Part shown: one piece after another, positions 29,536 through 38,835 of the stretch
How the letters are laid out: each line of letters begins with the position of its first letter
Position numbering within the stretch: the first letter of the stretch is position 1
Assembly: GCA_040387855.1 (NCBI GenBank)
Contig: JAZKCY010000001.1
Location: 632,793-696,792 of the forward strand
Source of the DNA: Patescibacteria group bacterium
Lineage (GTDB): Bacteria; Patescibacteriota; Minisyncoccia; Phycocordibacterales; JAKAEA01
DNA: 64,000 nt
Direction: 5' to 3'
Translations under genes and position numbers: made by a program
The notes under the pieces: model-generated
What the model was told of the DNA's origin: nothing
Databases searched by the model: none
Seen by the model: the letters and a program-made list of their open reading frames with translations, nothing else

Positions 29536-30531
29536 ATGATTGTGAAACGCCTCCTTGGCATTTATAAAGAACCCCAGCTATTAGTCTATAGAAGCTTTGC
29601 GAATGCTGATTTTGTATACATAACTGGACGAGTTATAGAGCAAACAAAAAAGTCATCAGCATCTTCTTCGTTGCGAAATATAGTAGCACTCGCTCGAGCA
29701 TATCTTGCACGACCGTTTAAGAATTTTGAAGTGCAGATTATTTCTGATACAGATACTCGCATTGTAAAAACAAATAAGAATGGCATCTTTGAAATTAAGC
29801 ATCCATATAAAACAGGAGAATTACTTCAAGCAAAAATCAATAATCAGATAGTCCCTATTGAAATTGCTGCTTCTATAGAAAAAGCATCGTATGGAATAAT
29901 CTCTGATGTTGATGACACTATTCTTATTTCAAATGTGACACGTGTTTTTGTTCTGCTTTATTTAGTATTTACAAAAAATGCCCACTCACGCAAACCCTTC
30001 CCTGGAGTTGCCGAGTTTTATCAAGCACTCGTACATCCTCACAATCCCATTTTTTATGTTTCCTCAACAACATGGAACCTCTACGGCATGCTTATAGAAT
30101 TTATGAGTATCAATTCTATTCCCACCGGTCCATTACTACTCAAAGAAGTTTCGAGTATTAAGGCTGTGTACACAACTTCGGGCAATCACAATCACAAACA
30201 AGAAAAAATAGAAATGATTTTGGATGTGTATCCAACCCTTCAATTCATTTTACTCGGAGACAGTGGCCAGCAAGATGTAGAGATTTATAGTGCTATCGTA
30301 AAAAAATATCCCGACAGAATTAAAGTTATTTACATTAGAGATATCAGCGTTAAAAAACATGACATCATTAAAGAAACCATACAGACAGTTGATGGCAAAG
30401 TAGATGTAGTGTTTGTGAAAACATCTGCTGAAGCTGCAGCACATGCGTTGAAACATGGCTTTATCGCATCTAAAGATGAAAAAGAAATTAAAGAAGGAGT
30501 AGCTCAAGAGGCTAACTTTTTGGGACAATAA
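29536..30531 (+). CDS. App1-like (DUF2183) phosphatase, putative phosphatidate phosphatase
   Basis: DxDxT motif in ISDVDDTILISN, followed by the GDSGQQD motif typical of App1-family lipid phosphatases. Confidence 0.7.
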   Translation: MIVKRLLGIYKEPQLLVYRSFANADFVYITGRVIEQTKKSSASSSLRNIVALARAYLARPFKNFEVQIISDTDTRIVKTNKNGIFEIKHPYKTGELLQAKINNQIVPIEIAASIEKASYGIISDVDDTILISNVTRVFVLLYLVFTKNAHSRKPFPGVAEFYQALVHPHNPIFYVSSTTWNLYGMLIEFMSINSIPTGPLLLKEVSSIKAVYTTSGNHNHKQEKIEMILDVYPTLQFILLGDSGQQDVEIYSAIVKKYPDRIKVIYIRDISVKKHDIIKETIQTVDGKVDVVFVKTSAEAAAHALKHGFIASKDEKEIKEGVAQEANFLGQ

Positions 30532-31405
30532 CCCGAAGAGATTTCGGACAGATTTTATATACAAGTGGAGCTTTCATCTTTTCTATTTCTCCATCGAGTG
30601 ATACCCACAACTTAGATCGTTTTGTTTTTATTTCTAGAGTATCCAAAGCTATTGTTGTAAATCCTGCTTTGTTTTTGATATCAGAAAACAGAGATCGAAA
30701 TCCAAGCCACAGCATTTTAAATCTTCCAATATCTTTAGCAATTGAGATATGAAGCTTCCCGGACATAAAATCTTGTCGGCCGGCTAATATATCTGTACTA
30801 CCAAAATCAAAAATATTATTCCCAATAAAAATTAGTGGGGTTTTTATTGATACTTGCTTATCATTCTTTTTTATTTCTAATTCAAGTGATGAGTAGCTTA
30901 CAAAACTTTCATAAATAGCAATAATAAACGCAGTCCACTTTTTCCAGGACAACTTTTGATATCCCACTCTTCGTTTTATGAGCTGTGTATAAAACCCCAC
31001 GCTAGAAAAGTTTACAAACTCTTTGCCATTAACTTCTGCAACATCAATATTGATAGTTTCACCAGTAATTACGGTAATAAATGCATCATTAATTGCTGTG
31101 CCAATGCCTATATGCTTGGCAAAATGATTAAACGTGCCTGCTGGAATTACAGCCAGTCGAATAGGAGTATAAATAAGATACTGAGTTAAAAGATTTACTG
31201 TTCCATCACCCCCACAAGCTATTACAGTTGTAGGTTTAAACTCCTCAAGCTTCTTTCTAAAATTTGCTCGAGTAAGCACATCCTGAATAAATGCGGTATG
31301 CACGGTAAAACCTTTTTCTTGAAGCATTTCTATTCCAGCTTCTATTTCCTGCTCACGAGCAACAAGGCCAGATTTTGAATTACGTATAAGGAGAATGGGT
31401 TCCAT
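30512..31405 (-). CDS. DAGK_cat-family lipid kinase (YegS/BmrU-like)
   Basis: Motif VIACGGDGTVN with the diacylglycerol-kinase catalytic-domain layout. Confidence 0.85.
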   Translation of the reverse strand: MEPILLIRNSKSGLVAREQEIEAGIEMLQEKGFTVHTAFIQDVLTRANFRKKLEEFKPTTVIACGGDGTVNLLTQYLIYTPIRLAVIPAGTFNHFAKHIGIGTAINDAFITVITGETINIDVAEVNGKEFVNFSSVGFYTQLIKRRVGYQKLSWKKWTAFIIAIYESFVSYSSLELEIKKNDKQVSIKTPLIFIGNNIFDFGSTDILAGRQDFMSGKLHISIAKDIGRFKMLWLGFRSLFSDIKNKAGFTTIALDTLEIKTKRSKLWVSLDGEIEKMKAPLVYKICPKSLRVIVPKS

Positions 31406-31408
31406 AGG

Positions 31409-31807
31409 TTAAGTATATGTCTTTTCTATAACCTTACCAATTATCTCTGATTTAAAATAATCTTTGAGTTCGTTGCCACTAATCCATTTATATTTACTTA
31501 ATTCCCAACTCAATTGTAATTCGAAGTCTTTAACTGTTACTAAAAATATATCTAGCTGATGTGGGATAAGCATTACGCTTTCTTTTGCTTTGTGTAAAAA
31601 TGTTACAGAAATAATATTCTCTTGCGTAATAGCAAGTTCTTCATGAAGCTCACGTACCAAAGCATGTTCAGCTGATTCTCCTTTATCAATGCCTCCTCCA
31701 GGTAGATGAAAATTAAACGGCGGCAAAGCACCTTTCACGATAAGAAAAAGCTTTGTTTCAGGATTGTAGATAAAACCACGCGCTACTTTGCGTCTTACTG
31801 AAATCAT
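31409..31807 (-). CDS. NUDIX hydrolase
   Basis: Canonical Nudix box GGGIDKGESAEHALVRELHEELAI. Confidence 0.85.
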   Translation of the reverse strand: MISVRRKVARGFIYNPETKLFLIVKGALPPFNFHLPGGGIDKGESAEHALVRELHEELAITQENIISVTFLHKAKESVMLIPHQLDIFLVTVKDFELQLSWELSKYKWISGNELKDYFKSEIIGKVIEKTYT

Positions 31808-31870
31808 AGAGTGAGTGTAAGGCTGTTTAGGTAATAAAACAACTTAAAGTATGTTTAACGCTTAAGACTA

Positions 31871-31899
31871 TTGACACAACTCATAAAATATATCAATAT
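31871..31899 (+). promoter_or_regulatory. candidate sigma70-like promoter upstream of the high-GC gene
   Basis: TTGACA at 31871-31876, a 17-nt spacer, then CAATAT; a TATACT lies just after. ~65 nt upstream of the ATG at 31966, in AT-rich host-like sequence. Confidence 0.3.
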
Positions 31900-31965
31900 A
31901 CTCTCTGGAAAGATCTGACATCGGAGCGTTTTCGATGATCAGAAAGATACGTAAGGGACGATACC

Positions 31966-32739
31966 ATGACCAAAGCCACGGCTTCAGCGTCGATTCCCAC
32001 CACCACCACTCTCAACCTCCGTGACTTCGAGGTCCCCCACCCGACCAGCCGCGACAACTTCGTCGTCAGCGTCGGCATCGGGACCAAGAGCCTCGACGAC
32101 AACGGCTTCGTGACCGACAACATGCCGTTCATCGAGCAGGTCCAGCGGCGGGCACGTCGCCACACCTCCGAGGGAGTGGCGCACGCTATCGGAGACATGA
32201 CCATCAGCTACCTCGACCGCCGCATCCGTCAGGTCGTGATCGAGGTCAAGAACACTGCCAGCCGCTTCACCCTGAAGCAGCCGAAAGTGCTCGAGCTCGA
32301 CCCACAGCCCAGCCTGCCGCAAGGGTTCGACACGTTCCGGATCGATGGCCTCTCTGTGGAGGCAGAGCTGAGCGACAACCACGTGTGCGGTGGGTACGAC
32401 GGCCAGTTCCGCTGCGACCTGAGGTATACTGCCGCCGACGGGAAGAACCGCTCCACCGCGATCACCGACGTGATCCGACGCGCCTTCCAGAGCAAGACCT
32501 ACACGGCGAGCTGCGAGCAGCTCACCCAGGGCATCGTCTACCAGGCATGCCAGGTCTTGGGCAGCCAGGGGCTCCACGTCATCGGTCGGGTCTACAACCT
32601 GACCGGCTACGCCGAGACCCACTGGAACTCCAGGCTCGTGGTACCGGAGATGCCGCGAGAGTCAACCTGTGGCGAGGTGCGCGAGTCCAAGCCGTCCAGG
32701 TCCTCGAGCTCCAGCGAACGCAGCATGAGCTGGTGCTGA
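31966..32739 (+). CDS. hypothetical protein encoded in a high-GC island (foreign composition)
   Basis: I counted 40/60 G+C at 32041-32100, against 16/60 at 601-660. SD TAAGGGA before the ATG; a host-like terminator follows. The protein is not Lys/Ile/Asn-biased like the neighbours. No motif recognised. Confidence 0.6.
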   Translation: MTKATASASIPTTTTLNLRDFEVPHPTSRDNFVVSVGIGTKSLDDNGFVTDNMPFIEQVQRRARRHTSEGVAHAIGDMTISYLDRRIRQVVIEVKNTASRFTLKQPKVLELDPQPSLPQGFDTFRIDGLSVEAELSDNHVCGGYDGQFRCDLRYTAADGKNRSTAITDVIRRAFQSKTYTASCEQLTQGIVYQACQVLGSQGLHVIGRVYNLTGYAETHWNSRLVVPEMPRESTCGEVRESKPSRSSSSSERSMSWC

Positions 32740-32777
32740 TCAGGCTCTAACGTGGACTCTTCGTTCTTCAACCCAGT

Positions 32778-32808
32778 GCGTAAGCTCCCATAGCTTATGC
32801 ATTTTTTA
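32778..32808. terminator. bidirectional intrinsic terminator
   Basis: GCGTAAGCT-cccat-AGCTTATGC 9-bp stem followed by ATTTTTTATTT. Lies between the convergent genes. Confidence 0.65.
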
Positions 32809-32809
32809 T

Positions 32810-33145
32810 TTAAAATAATTTACCACCTACTAACGCAGTATTTTTATCTGGCACACTTAATGTGACCTTCCCATTTACATCAGGAGTTCCTAGAGTAAGC
32901 ACTTCAGATTCAAATGGACCAATCTTACGTGGTGGAAAATTAACTACTCCCAACACAAGTTTCCCTATTAGCTCTTCTTTTGAATAAGTACTTACAATCT
33001 GGACAGAAGAATTTTTGATTCCTATCTCAGAGCCAAAATCTATTTTTAATTTATATGCAGGCTTCTTTGCTTCTGGGAAATCATTAACTTCTAAGATCTT
33101 TCCCACACGAATATCTAGTTTCAAAAAATCATCAATTGTTGCCAT
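32810..33145 (-). CDS. tRNA-binding domain protein (CsaA/Trbp111-like, OB fold)
   Basis: MATIDDFLKLDIRVGKILEV…KPAYKLKIDFG is typical of CsaA/EMAP-II-like tRNA-binding domains. Start moved to the internal ATG to avoid overlapping the upstream stop. Confidence 0.8.
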   Translation of the reverse strand: MATIDDFLKLDIRVGKILEVNDFPEAKKPAYKLKIDFGSEIGIKNSSVQIVSTYSKEELIGKLVLGVVNFPPRKIGPFESEVLTLGTPDVNGKVTLSVPDKNTALVGGKLF

Positions 33146-33156
33146 AAATAAGTTTG

Positions 33157-33603
33157 CTAGTTGGTATTTTTGATCTCTTGGCGTATTTCTTCCCACATTC
33201 GCCCCATATGATTTTCTCCCTTGCCATCAATTCCATCATCCCAAAATCCATCGCCAGGAGGAGGTGTAACTATATGTTTTACTATTTTCAGATCTCCTGA
33301 ATCAATAAGTGCTTGGCGTACATCCTGATGCTGATCCACTTTAAGTTTCATGATTTTTTTCATGACACCCAGTTTAAATTCAGCTTGTTTAAATTCTGGA
33401 ATTTGAAATTCTTTATATTTTGAAGAAACAGTCCAAGCTTTCACAGGGCTCTGTGCAGCTCTTATTTCATCTTTAATCTTTTGATCGGTATAACGCTCAC
33501 ATTGATATACATGTTCTACTGTGGGATATACGACAGCATCAAGTTCGATAACATGAGCTGTATATGGTGAAAAGTAAATATAAAAAATTTCTAATGGGAG
33601 CAT
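33157..33603 (-). CDS. NADAR-domain protein (YbiA-like N-glycosidase)
   Basis: YPTVEHVYQCERY and GDGFWDDGIDGKGENHMGRMW match NADAR signatures. Start moved to the second Met, leaving a 4-nt gap to the upstream CYTH stop. Confidence 0.7.
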   Translation of the reverse strand: MLPLEIFYIYFSPYTAHVIELDAVVYPTVEHVYQCERYTDQKIKDEIRAAQSPVKAWTVSSKYKEFQIPEFKQAEFKLGVMKKIMKLKVDQHQDVRQALIDSGDLKIVKHIVTPPPGDGFWDDGIDGKGENHMGRMWEEIRQEIKNTN

Positions 33604-33607
33604 AAAG

Positions 33608-34156
33608 TTACGGTAGTTTATGATCAAGATTATTTTTCAACCATACCAACGTATCATATCCATTCAATACCCGATCTTCTTTTTTTACTCCCATAGTTTG
33701 TAGGAATTCAAATAACTCATCTTGCACTTTATTAGAATCCTCATCAGTAATCTTTTCTACTTCAACAAACGAGCCCAATCCTTCTACCTCATCAAGACAA
33801 ATTTCGTAATCCAAATAATTGGTTTTCTGACGAGTCTTTTTTACCTGCACTTCCGGACGGAATCCTAGGAATGTAATAATATCCTGAAGCTGTGATGCAT
33901 CATTTACTATAATTTCTCGTTCTATAGAACTAAGCTCTTCGCCTTTTTTATAGGTAAAGATAATCTGTCCTTTTGCTTTTCGAATGCGCAGAAAAGAATC
34001 TCCTGGACTAAATTGAATAAATGGTCGATCATAATTTATAAAAATAGTATCCTCTTGAGTAACAGGTTCTGAAAGAGTGCAGCCCAAAGCAATAAGGCCT
34101 TCTTTAAGTCTTTCAAAATCTCCCACCTTTGCCTTTACTTCGATCTCTTTTTTCAT
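33608..34156 (-). CDS. CYTH-domain protein (class IV adenylyl cyclase / triphosphate tunnel metalloenzyme family)
   Basis: N-terminal ExExK (EIEVKAKV), then R.R.K.G further on, and an acidic EVEGLGSFVEVEK near the C-terminus. Confidence 0.75.
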   Translation of the reverse strand: MKKEIEVKAKVGDFERLKEGLIALGCTLSEPVTQEDTIFINYDRPFIQFSPGDSFLRIRKAKGQIIFTYKKGEELSSIEREIIVNDASQLQDIITFLGFRPEVQVKKTRQKTNYLDYEICLDEVEGLGSFVEVEKITDEDSNKVQDELFEFLQTMGVKKEDRVLNGYDTLVWLKNNLDHKLP

Positions 34157-34229
34157 GGAAGTAGTATAGCAAAATAATTCAGGTATAAAAAAAGCACAGA
34201 ATTACCCGTGCCAACAACCAACAAGAACA

Positions 34230-34925
34230 CTACAGCACGATCACCACGATGGGCACCGTCTTCTGCCACCCGATGACCAGCTTCCACCCCTTGCGGAAGC
34301 ACACCTTCGACCACGGCCCGGCCGCTCGGAGCAAGCCGTTGACAGTCGGGAACTCGTGAGCGATCGACTGCATCAGCAGCTCGTGGAGGAAAGGCTCCTC
34401 CTCGACCAGCTGGTGCATCAGATCCATCTTGCGGGATCCCAGGTGACCACGGCTGTCCAACTGCTCGTTGAGGGTGTTGAGCCGGTTGCACACCCCTCGA
34501 TAGACGCGGTAGAGCCGGCGGAGGTTCGGCGACATGACGCCGACTTCCACTTCCATGCCCATCATCTCGCGCTTAGGCCCGATGTTGATGTCGGCACCGT
34601 GCATGCGCTCGGCGACATTCTGGACCTTGTGGATCTGCGAGAGGGTGAGTTTGATGCACGTCTCCAGCGTCGCGATCTGCTCGCTGACGACCAGCGCGGT
34701 GTCGACGGATACCTGCTCGAATGGATAGCCGACGAAGTAGTTGTCGTTGGGGATGATCGTAAGGTCGACCATCCGAAACAACAACAAGGTCCGCTGTTGC
34801 CACGTGAGATTCTCCCGAAGACGCAGCAGAAGCTGATCCATCGCCTGGGTCATCACCCGCTTCCTCGGCATGAACCAGTGGGGCCTCCGTCGAGATCGGG
34901 TCTGTCTTCGCGTTTGAGTCTGCAT
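34230..34925 (-). CDS. hypothetical protein with Arg-rich N-terminus, encoded in a high-GC island
   Basis: I counted 36/60 G+C at 34561-34620. GGAGG SD 8 nt before the ATG at 34925 (MQTQTRRQTRSRRRP…). The track ORF extends to 34961 with no SD. The antisense ORF 34356-34973 has a GC-shadow composition. Confidence 0.5.
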   Translation of the reverse strand: MQTQTRRQTRSRRRPHWFMPRKRVMTQAMDQLLLRLRENLTWQQRTLLLFRMVDLTIIPNDNYFVGYPFEQVSVDTALVVSEQIATLETCIKLTLSQIHKVQNVAERMHGADINIGPKREMMGMEVEVGVMSPNLRRLYRVYRGVCNRLNTLNEQLDSRGHLGSRKMDLMHQLVEEEPFLHELLMQSIAHEFPTVNGLLRAAGPWSKVCFRKGWKLVIGWQKTVPIVVIVL

Positions 34926-35056
34926 TGCGATTCCTCCGGTTGCAGGGTTAGATTGGAACATGAGCTACGTTAGCTCAGCGGTTGAGTACGATACCATATA
35001 TATCCAACATGTCAACATGGATATATTATTGTGTCAAATTGCGATAAAATACCAAC

Positions 35057-37657
35057 ATGAATCAAGACAAGCAATCCAACACACCGTGGGCACAGGAACC
35101 ACAAGAAGTTTTCACATATTTACAAACATCAAACGAAGGAATTAGTAGTGCAGAAGCAGACAAACGAATAGAAAAGTTTGGAACCAATATTTTTCATAGC
35201 AAGGAAAAAATCAAAGTTGTTTCTATTTTTCTAAAGCAGTTTGCAAGTCCCCTCATCTTCCTGCTCTTGGGAGCTGCTGTACTTACTGCAGTACTTGGAA
35301 AGACTATTGATATGTTTGTGATTATCTTTGCAGTGTTATTCAACGCGATACTTGGATTTTATCGTGAATATCATGCTGAAAATACGCTTGATAAACTCGT
35401 TACCTATATTAAAGATCGAGCACGAGTGATACGTGACGGAAAAGAACTTGAGATTGATTCAGTGCAATTGGTGCCTGGAGATATTGTGAAGCTTTCCTAT
35501 GGAACCCGAGTCCCAGCAGATGCTCGCATTATAAGCACGAGTAATTTTCGCGTGGATGAAGCAGTGCTTACTGGTGAATCTATTCCTGTAGAAAAAGAAA
35601 CAGGAGTTGTATCTATTACTAGTGGCATTGCCGATAGAAAAAACATTGCACATGCCGGAACATTGGTCGTAGAAGGATATGCTACAGCTATTGTGTATGC
35701 AACTGGAAGTGCCACTGAGATTGGAAAAATTGCAAACATTGTTGCAAATACAGAGCGAGCTGAAACACCAATTCAAAAAGGTGTAGCAAAGCTTGGATGG
35801 TTGCTCTTTTTTGTAACGATAATTATCGTTGCTGGAATCTTTTCATTAGGGACCCTCAGAGGAGAGCCAATTCTTGAAATGCTAACCCTCTCTGCTGCGG
35901 TAGCGGTGGGTGCCGTGCCAGAAGCATTGCCAATTGCCCTTACCGTAATTCTTGCTATTGGTGCAGAACGAATTGCATCTCGAAAAGGAATTGTTCGGAA
36001 ACTTGCAGCTGCTGAAACACTAGGATCAACCACTCTTATTATGACTGATAAGACTGGAACACTCACAATGGCAGATATGCAGTTGGTTGGTATTTATACT
36101 CAGAGTCACATTCTAGAAAATACTGAAGCGCTAGAATCAAAACACTTTTCTACTGATCAAAAGAAAATTTTATCTTTAGCATTAGAAAATATTGATGTCA
36201 CTATTGAGAATCATGAAGATGCTCCATCCGAATGGAAATTCCACGGACGACCGTTTGAAATTAATATCGCTAAAGCTAGTATCGAACACAATGTGGGCCT
36301 CGAACAGCTCAAAAAGGATGTCCGTCTTGTAATTCCCTTCAACTCAACCCACAAATTCTCAGTGGCAGAAACAGATACCCAGTATATTGTTATGGGAGCT
36401 CCTGATATCCTCCTCAGACGTTCAAAAATGACTAAGGATGCATATCTCACAACAGAAACCTGGATTGATAAAGTTAGTTCAGAAGGAAAGCGTCTCATAG
36501 GTATAGCTACACTTGATAAAAAGAATTTTTCAAAGAAGATATCTACAGATGACATAGAGAATATTCATTTTATGGGAGTTATGGCTTTGTTTGATCCAAT
36601 TCGTCCTGACGTACCAGCTGCTATTAAAAAAATCCAGAGCTATGGAATCAAAATGGTAATGATTACGGGAGATCTTAAAGGAACAGCACTTGCAATCACT
36701 CGAGATTTGAAATGGAATGTTACTGAAGAGGAAGTGCTAACAGGTAGTCAGCTTCATGAAATGACTGATGAAGAACTACTTACAATAATTCCTTCGATAA
36801 AAATATTTGCTCGTGTAACTCCTGAAGATAAACTACGCATTGGTCAGCTTTATCAACGGCTTGGTGAAGTTGTTGCCATGACAGGTGACGGAGTAAATGA
36901 TGCACCCGCACTTAAAGCCATGGATATTGGTATTTCATTGGGCTCTGGAAGTGATGTGGCAAAGAGTGCTGCAGATATGGTATTGCTCGATGACAACTTT
37001 AAAACAATTAGTCTCTCAGTTGAAGAAGGACGGAAGATTCTTTCAAATATACGAAAAACATTTGTGTATCTCATGTCGAATTCACTGGATGCAATTTTTG
37101 TGATTGGAGGAAGTCTAATTATTGGATTGCCAATGCCACTAACTGCGCTTCAAATTATTTGGGTCAACTTTTTCACGGGAAGTCTTCCAGTACTCGCCTT
37201 TGCCTTTGATGAAGATCTTGATAAAAAACACACAGCAAAAACAACAGGATCAAAATTAATATTTACCAATGAAGTAACATTCATTACCTTCGGTATTGGT
37301 GTTATGAGTTCCCTGTTTTTATTCTTTATCTATTACGGTCTATTAAGATTTGGAGTAGATCTGGCACTCACTAAATCATTATTCTTTGTATGTTTCGCTT
37401 CATATATTCTTGTTGTTGCATACTCATTTAGAAGTCTCTACAATCCATTATTCTCATATCCTGTTTTCTCAAACGCTAAATTAAATATCAGCATTCTTTT
37501 TGCAGCACTATTACTTATCGGAACAGTAACAATCCCTGCGGCACGAGAAATATTTGGACTTGTAGCAATCCCACTAGTGTGGATATGGTTTATTGCAGCA
37601 TGGCTCATCCTCAATGTTCTACTTGTTGAAGGAGCAAAATACTTTATTAGAAAGTAA
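35057..37657 (+). CDS. P-type cation-transporting ATPase (P2-type, Ca2+/Mg2+-like)
   Basis: DKTGTLT phosphorylation site, TGES, MITGD and TGDGVNDAPAL motifs, 10 TM helices. Confidence 0.9.
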   Translation: MNQDKQSNTPWAQEPQEVFTYLQTSNEGISSAEADKRIEKFGTNIFHSKEKIKVVSIFLKQFASPLIFLLLGAAVLTAVLGKTIDMFVIIFAVLFNAILGFYREYHAENTLDKLVTYIKDRARVIRDGKELEIDSVQLVPGDIVKLSYGTRVPADARIISTSNFRVDEAVLTGESIPVEKETGVVSITSGIADRKNIAHAGTLVVEGYATAIVYATGSATEIGKIANIVANTERAETPIQKGVAKLGWLLFFVTIIIVAGIFSLGTLRGEPILEMLTLSAAVAVGAVPEALPIALTVILAIGAERIASRKGIVRKLAAAETLGSTTLIMTDKTGTLTMADMQLVGIYTQSHILENTEALESKHFSTDQKKILSLALENIDVTIENHEDAPSEWKFHGRPFEINIAKASIEHNVGLEQLKKDVRLVIPFNSTHKFSVAETDTQYIVMGAPDILLRRSKMTKDAYLTTETWIDKVSSEGKRLIGIATLDKKNFSKKISTDDIENIHFMGVMALFDPIRPDVPAAIKKIQSYGIKMVMITGDLKGTALAITRDLKWNVTEEEVLTGSQLHEMTDEELLTIIPSIKIFARVTPEDKLRIGQLYQRLGEVVAMTGDGVNDAPALKAMDIGISLGSGSDVAKSAADMVLLDDNFKTISLSVEEGRKILSNIRKTFVYLMSNSLDAIFVIGGSLIIGLPMPLTALQIIWVNFFTGSLPVLAFAFDEDLDKKHTAKTTGSKLIFTNEVTFITFGIGVMSSLFLFFIYYGLLRFGVDLALTKSLFFVCFASYILVVAYSFRSLYNPLFSYPVFSNAKLNISILFAALLLIGTVTIPAAREIFGLVAIPLVWIWFIAAWLILNVLLVEGAKYFIRK

Positions 37658-37665
37658 CTTAAAAC

Positions 37666-38772
37666 TTACTGTCTTCGTAGCTTAATAGAAATAAATGAGT
37701 CATCAAACACACCTTGTGATCTCACTGTTCCTGAATGATCAAAATATTGTACCTGCACAGCTATTGATGTTTCCCTGTCTTTAAATGGGTTGGGACCAAT
37801 TAATAACTTTTTTGTATAAGGACCTGTTCCTAAGGTTATTTTCTCATCGCAATTTTTTCCATCTATTGATGCGCTTTGAGATGATCCATTAATACACATA
37901 AGACTCACTTCTCGTTTACTGTATTTTGCTGGTAAGGGTCCAAATGATAGCGTTATTGATCCACCGCTTTTTTCTAGTACATAATTGTTAGCTTTCAAAA
38001 GTTCAGGGTGTGTGGGACTGGCTAGTATTTCGATCTGTTGCTGATCTTGAGCAGGAGCATCAAAGCTTTGTCCACCATAGGTGATTTTATTTTTAACGAT
38101 ATTACCCTGACTATCAAGTGCCTTTACATGCAATATCTCACCTTGATATGAGTTTTCACTTGAGTACATAGAATCTGTTTTAGGAACAATAATAGTATGA
38201 ATTGTGTTTGTTGTCGTTTCTTTTAAAAGTGTTGTTACATTTTCTGGATCGATGAGAAGTCGATTTTTATCAACCCATGAAGGTTTTGTAATACTTATTT
38301 CATATTTTACAGCGCCTTTAATAGGAGAAAACACAACAATGAATGGTTTGCCTGGTTCTAAAACCTGATCGTAATTTGGCATCGCAATTATGAGATTGAT
38401 ACTTGGATCCATGCCTTGGGCCTTTAGAGCCGCATATGCTTTTTCTAGTTCTGCTTGTGCAGAAGTTAATTCCCATGCATTTTGAGCACCTGATGAAGAA
38501 GGAGTACCAGTTGTTTTTACTTCTGTTTTAATAGATGTCGTAGTTTCTTTTTGTGAAGCTGATGTTTTTGTTGAAGTAGGAGTTGTATTTGGTGTTGTAG
38601 TAGCATTTGCCCGATCACGTAATTGAACATGCTCGGTATCAGTAGTAACTATAGGATCAACAACGGGAACATTTGTATTCTGTTTTTTTGATACATAATA
38701 TGCACCCCCACCTACAGCTATTCCGATAATAATAATTATGAGTAGTGGAGCAAATCCTTTTTGGTTTTTCAT
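37666..38772 (-). CDS. N-terminally anchored secreted protein with Thr-rich linker (hypothetical)
   Basis: TM at aa 8-28 and a T/S-rich linker, then a ~250-aa globular region. Next to a pilin-LamG gene. Confidence 0.5.
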   Translation of the reverse strand: MKNQKGFAPLLIIIIIGIAVGGGAYYVSKKQNTNVPVVDPIVTTDTEHVQLRDRANATTTPNTTPTSTKTSASQKETTTSIKTEVKTTGTPSSSGAQNAWELTSAQAELEKAYAALKAQGMDPSINLIIAMPNYDQVLEPGKPFIVVFSPIKGAVKYEISITKPSWVDKNRLLIDPENVTTLLKETTTNTIHTIIVPKTDSMYSSENSYQGEILHVKALDSQGNIVKNKITYGGQSFDAPAQDQQQIEILASPTHPELLKANNYVLEKSGGSITLSFGPLPAKYSKREVSLMCINGSSQSASIDGKNCDEKITLGTGPYTKKLLIGPNPFKDRETSIAVQVQYFDHSGTVRSQGVFDDSFISIKLRRQ

Positions 38773-38835
38773 GATAGGGATATTATCCCACTAAAAAGTA
38801 AACTCAACTATTAAGATATGCACACAATAAAAAAA

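Noticed and set aside
31984-32750. Long antisense and overlapping ORFs inside high-GC island A (31984-32622 minus, 32385-32750 plus, 31893-32204 and 32229-32495 minus)
   Set aside because: GC-rich DNA is depleted of stop codons in every frame. These translations are R/A/G/V/L-rich shadow sequence with no start context. The plus-strand 31966-32739 ORF has the SD and terminator.
34153-34973. ORFs 34356-34973 (+), 34153-34491 (-), 34573-34803 (-) and 34534-34728 (+) in island B
   Set aside because: Same GC-shadow effect: the compositions are L/R/D/H/V-dominated. Only 34230-34925 (-) has an SD and a balanced amino-acid composition.
34962-34995. tRNA-like fragment GTTAGCTCAGCGGTTGAGTAC resembling a tRNA D-arm
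   Set aside because: No anticodon arm, T-arm or acceptor pairing can be built around it. Possibly a decayed remnant, but not a functional tRNA. Integration scars normally duplicate the 3' not the 5' part.
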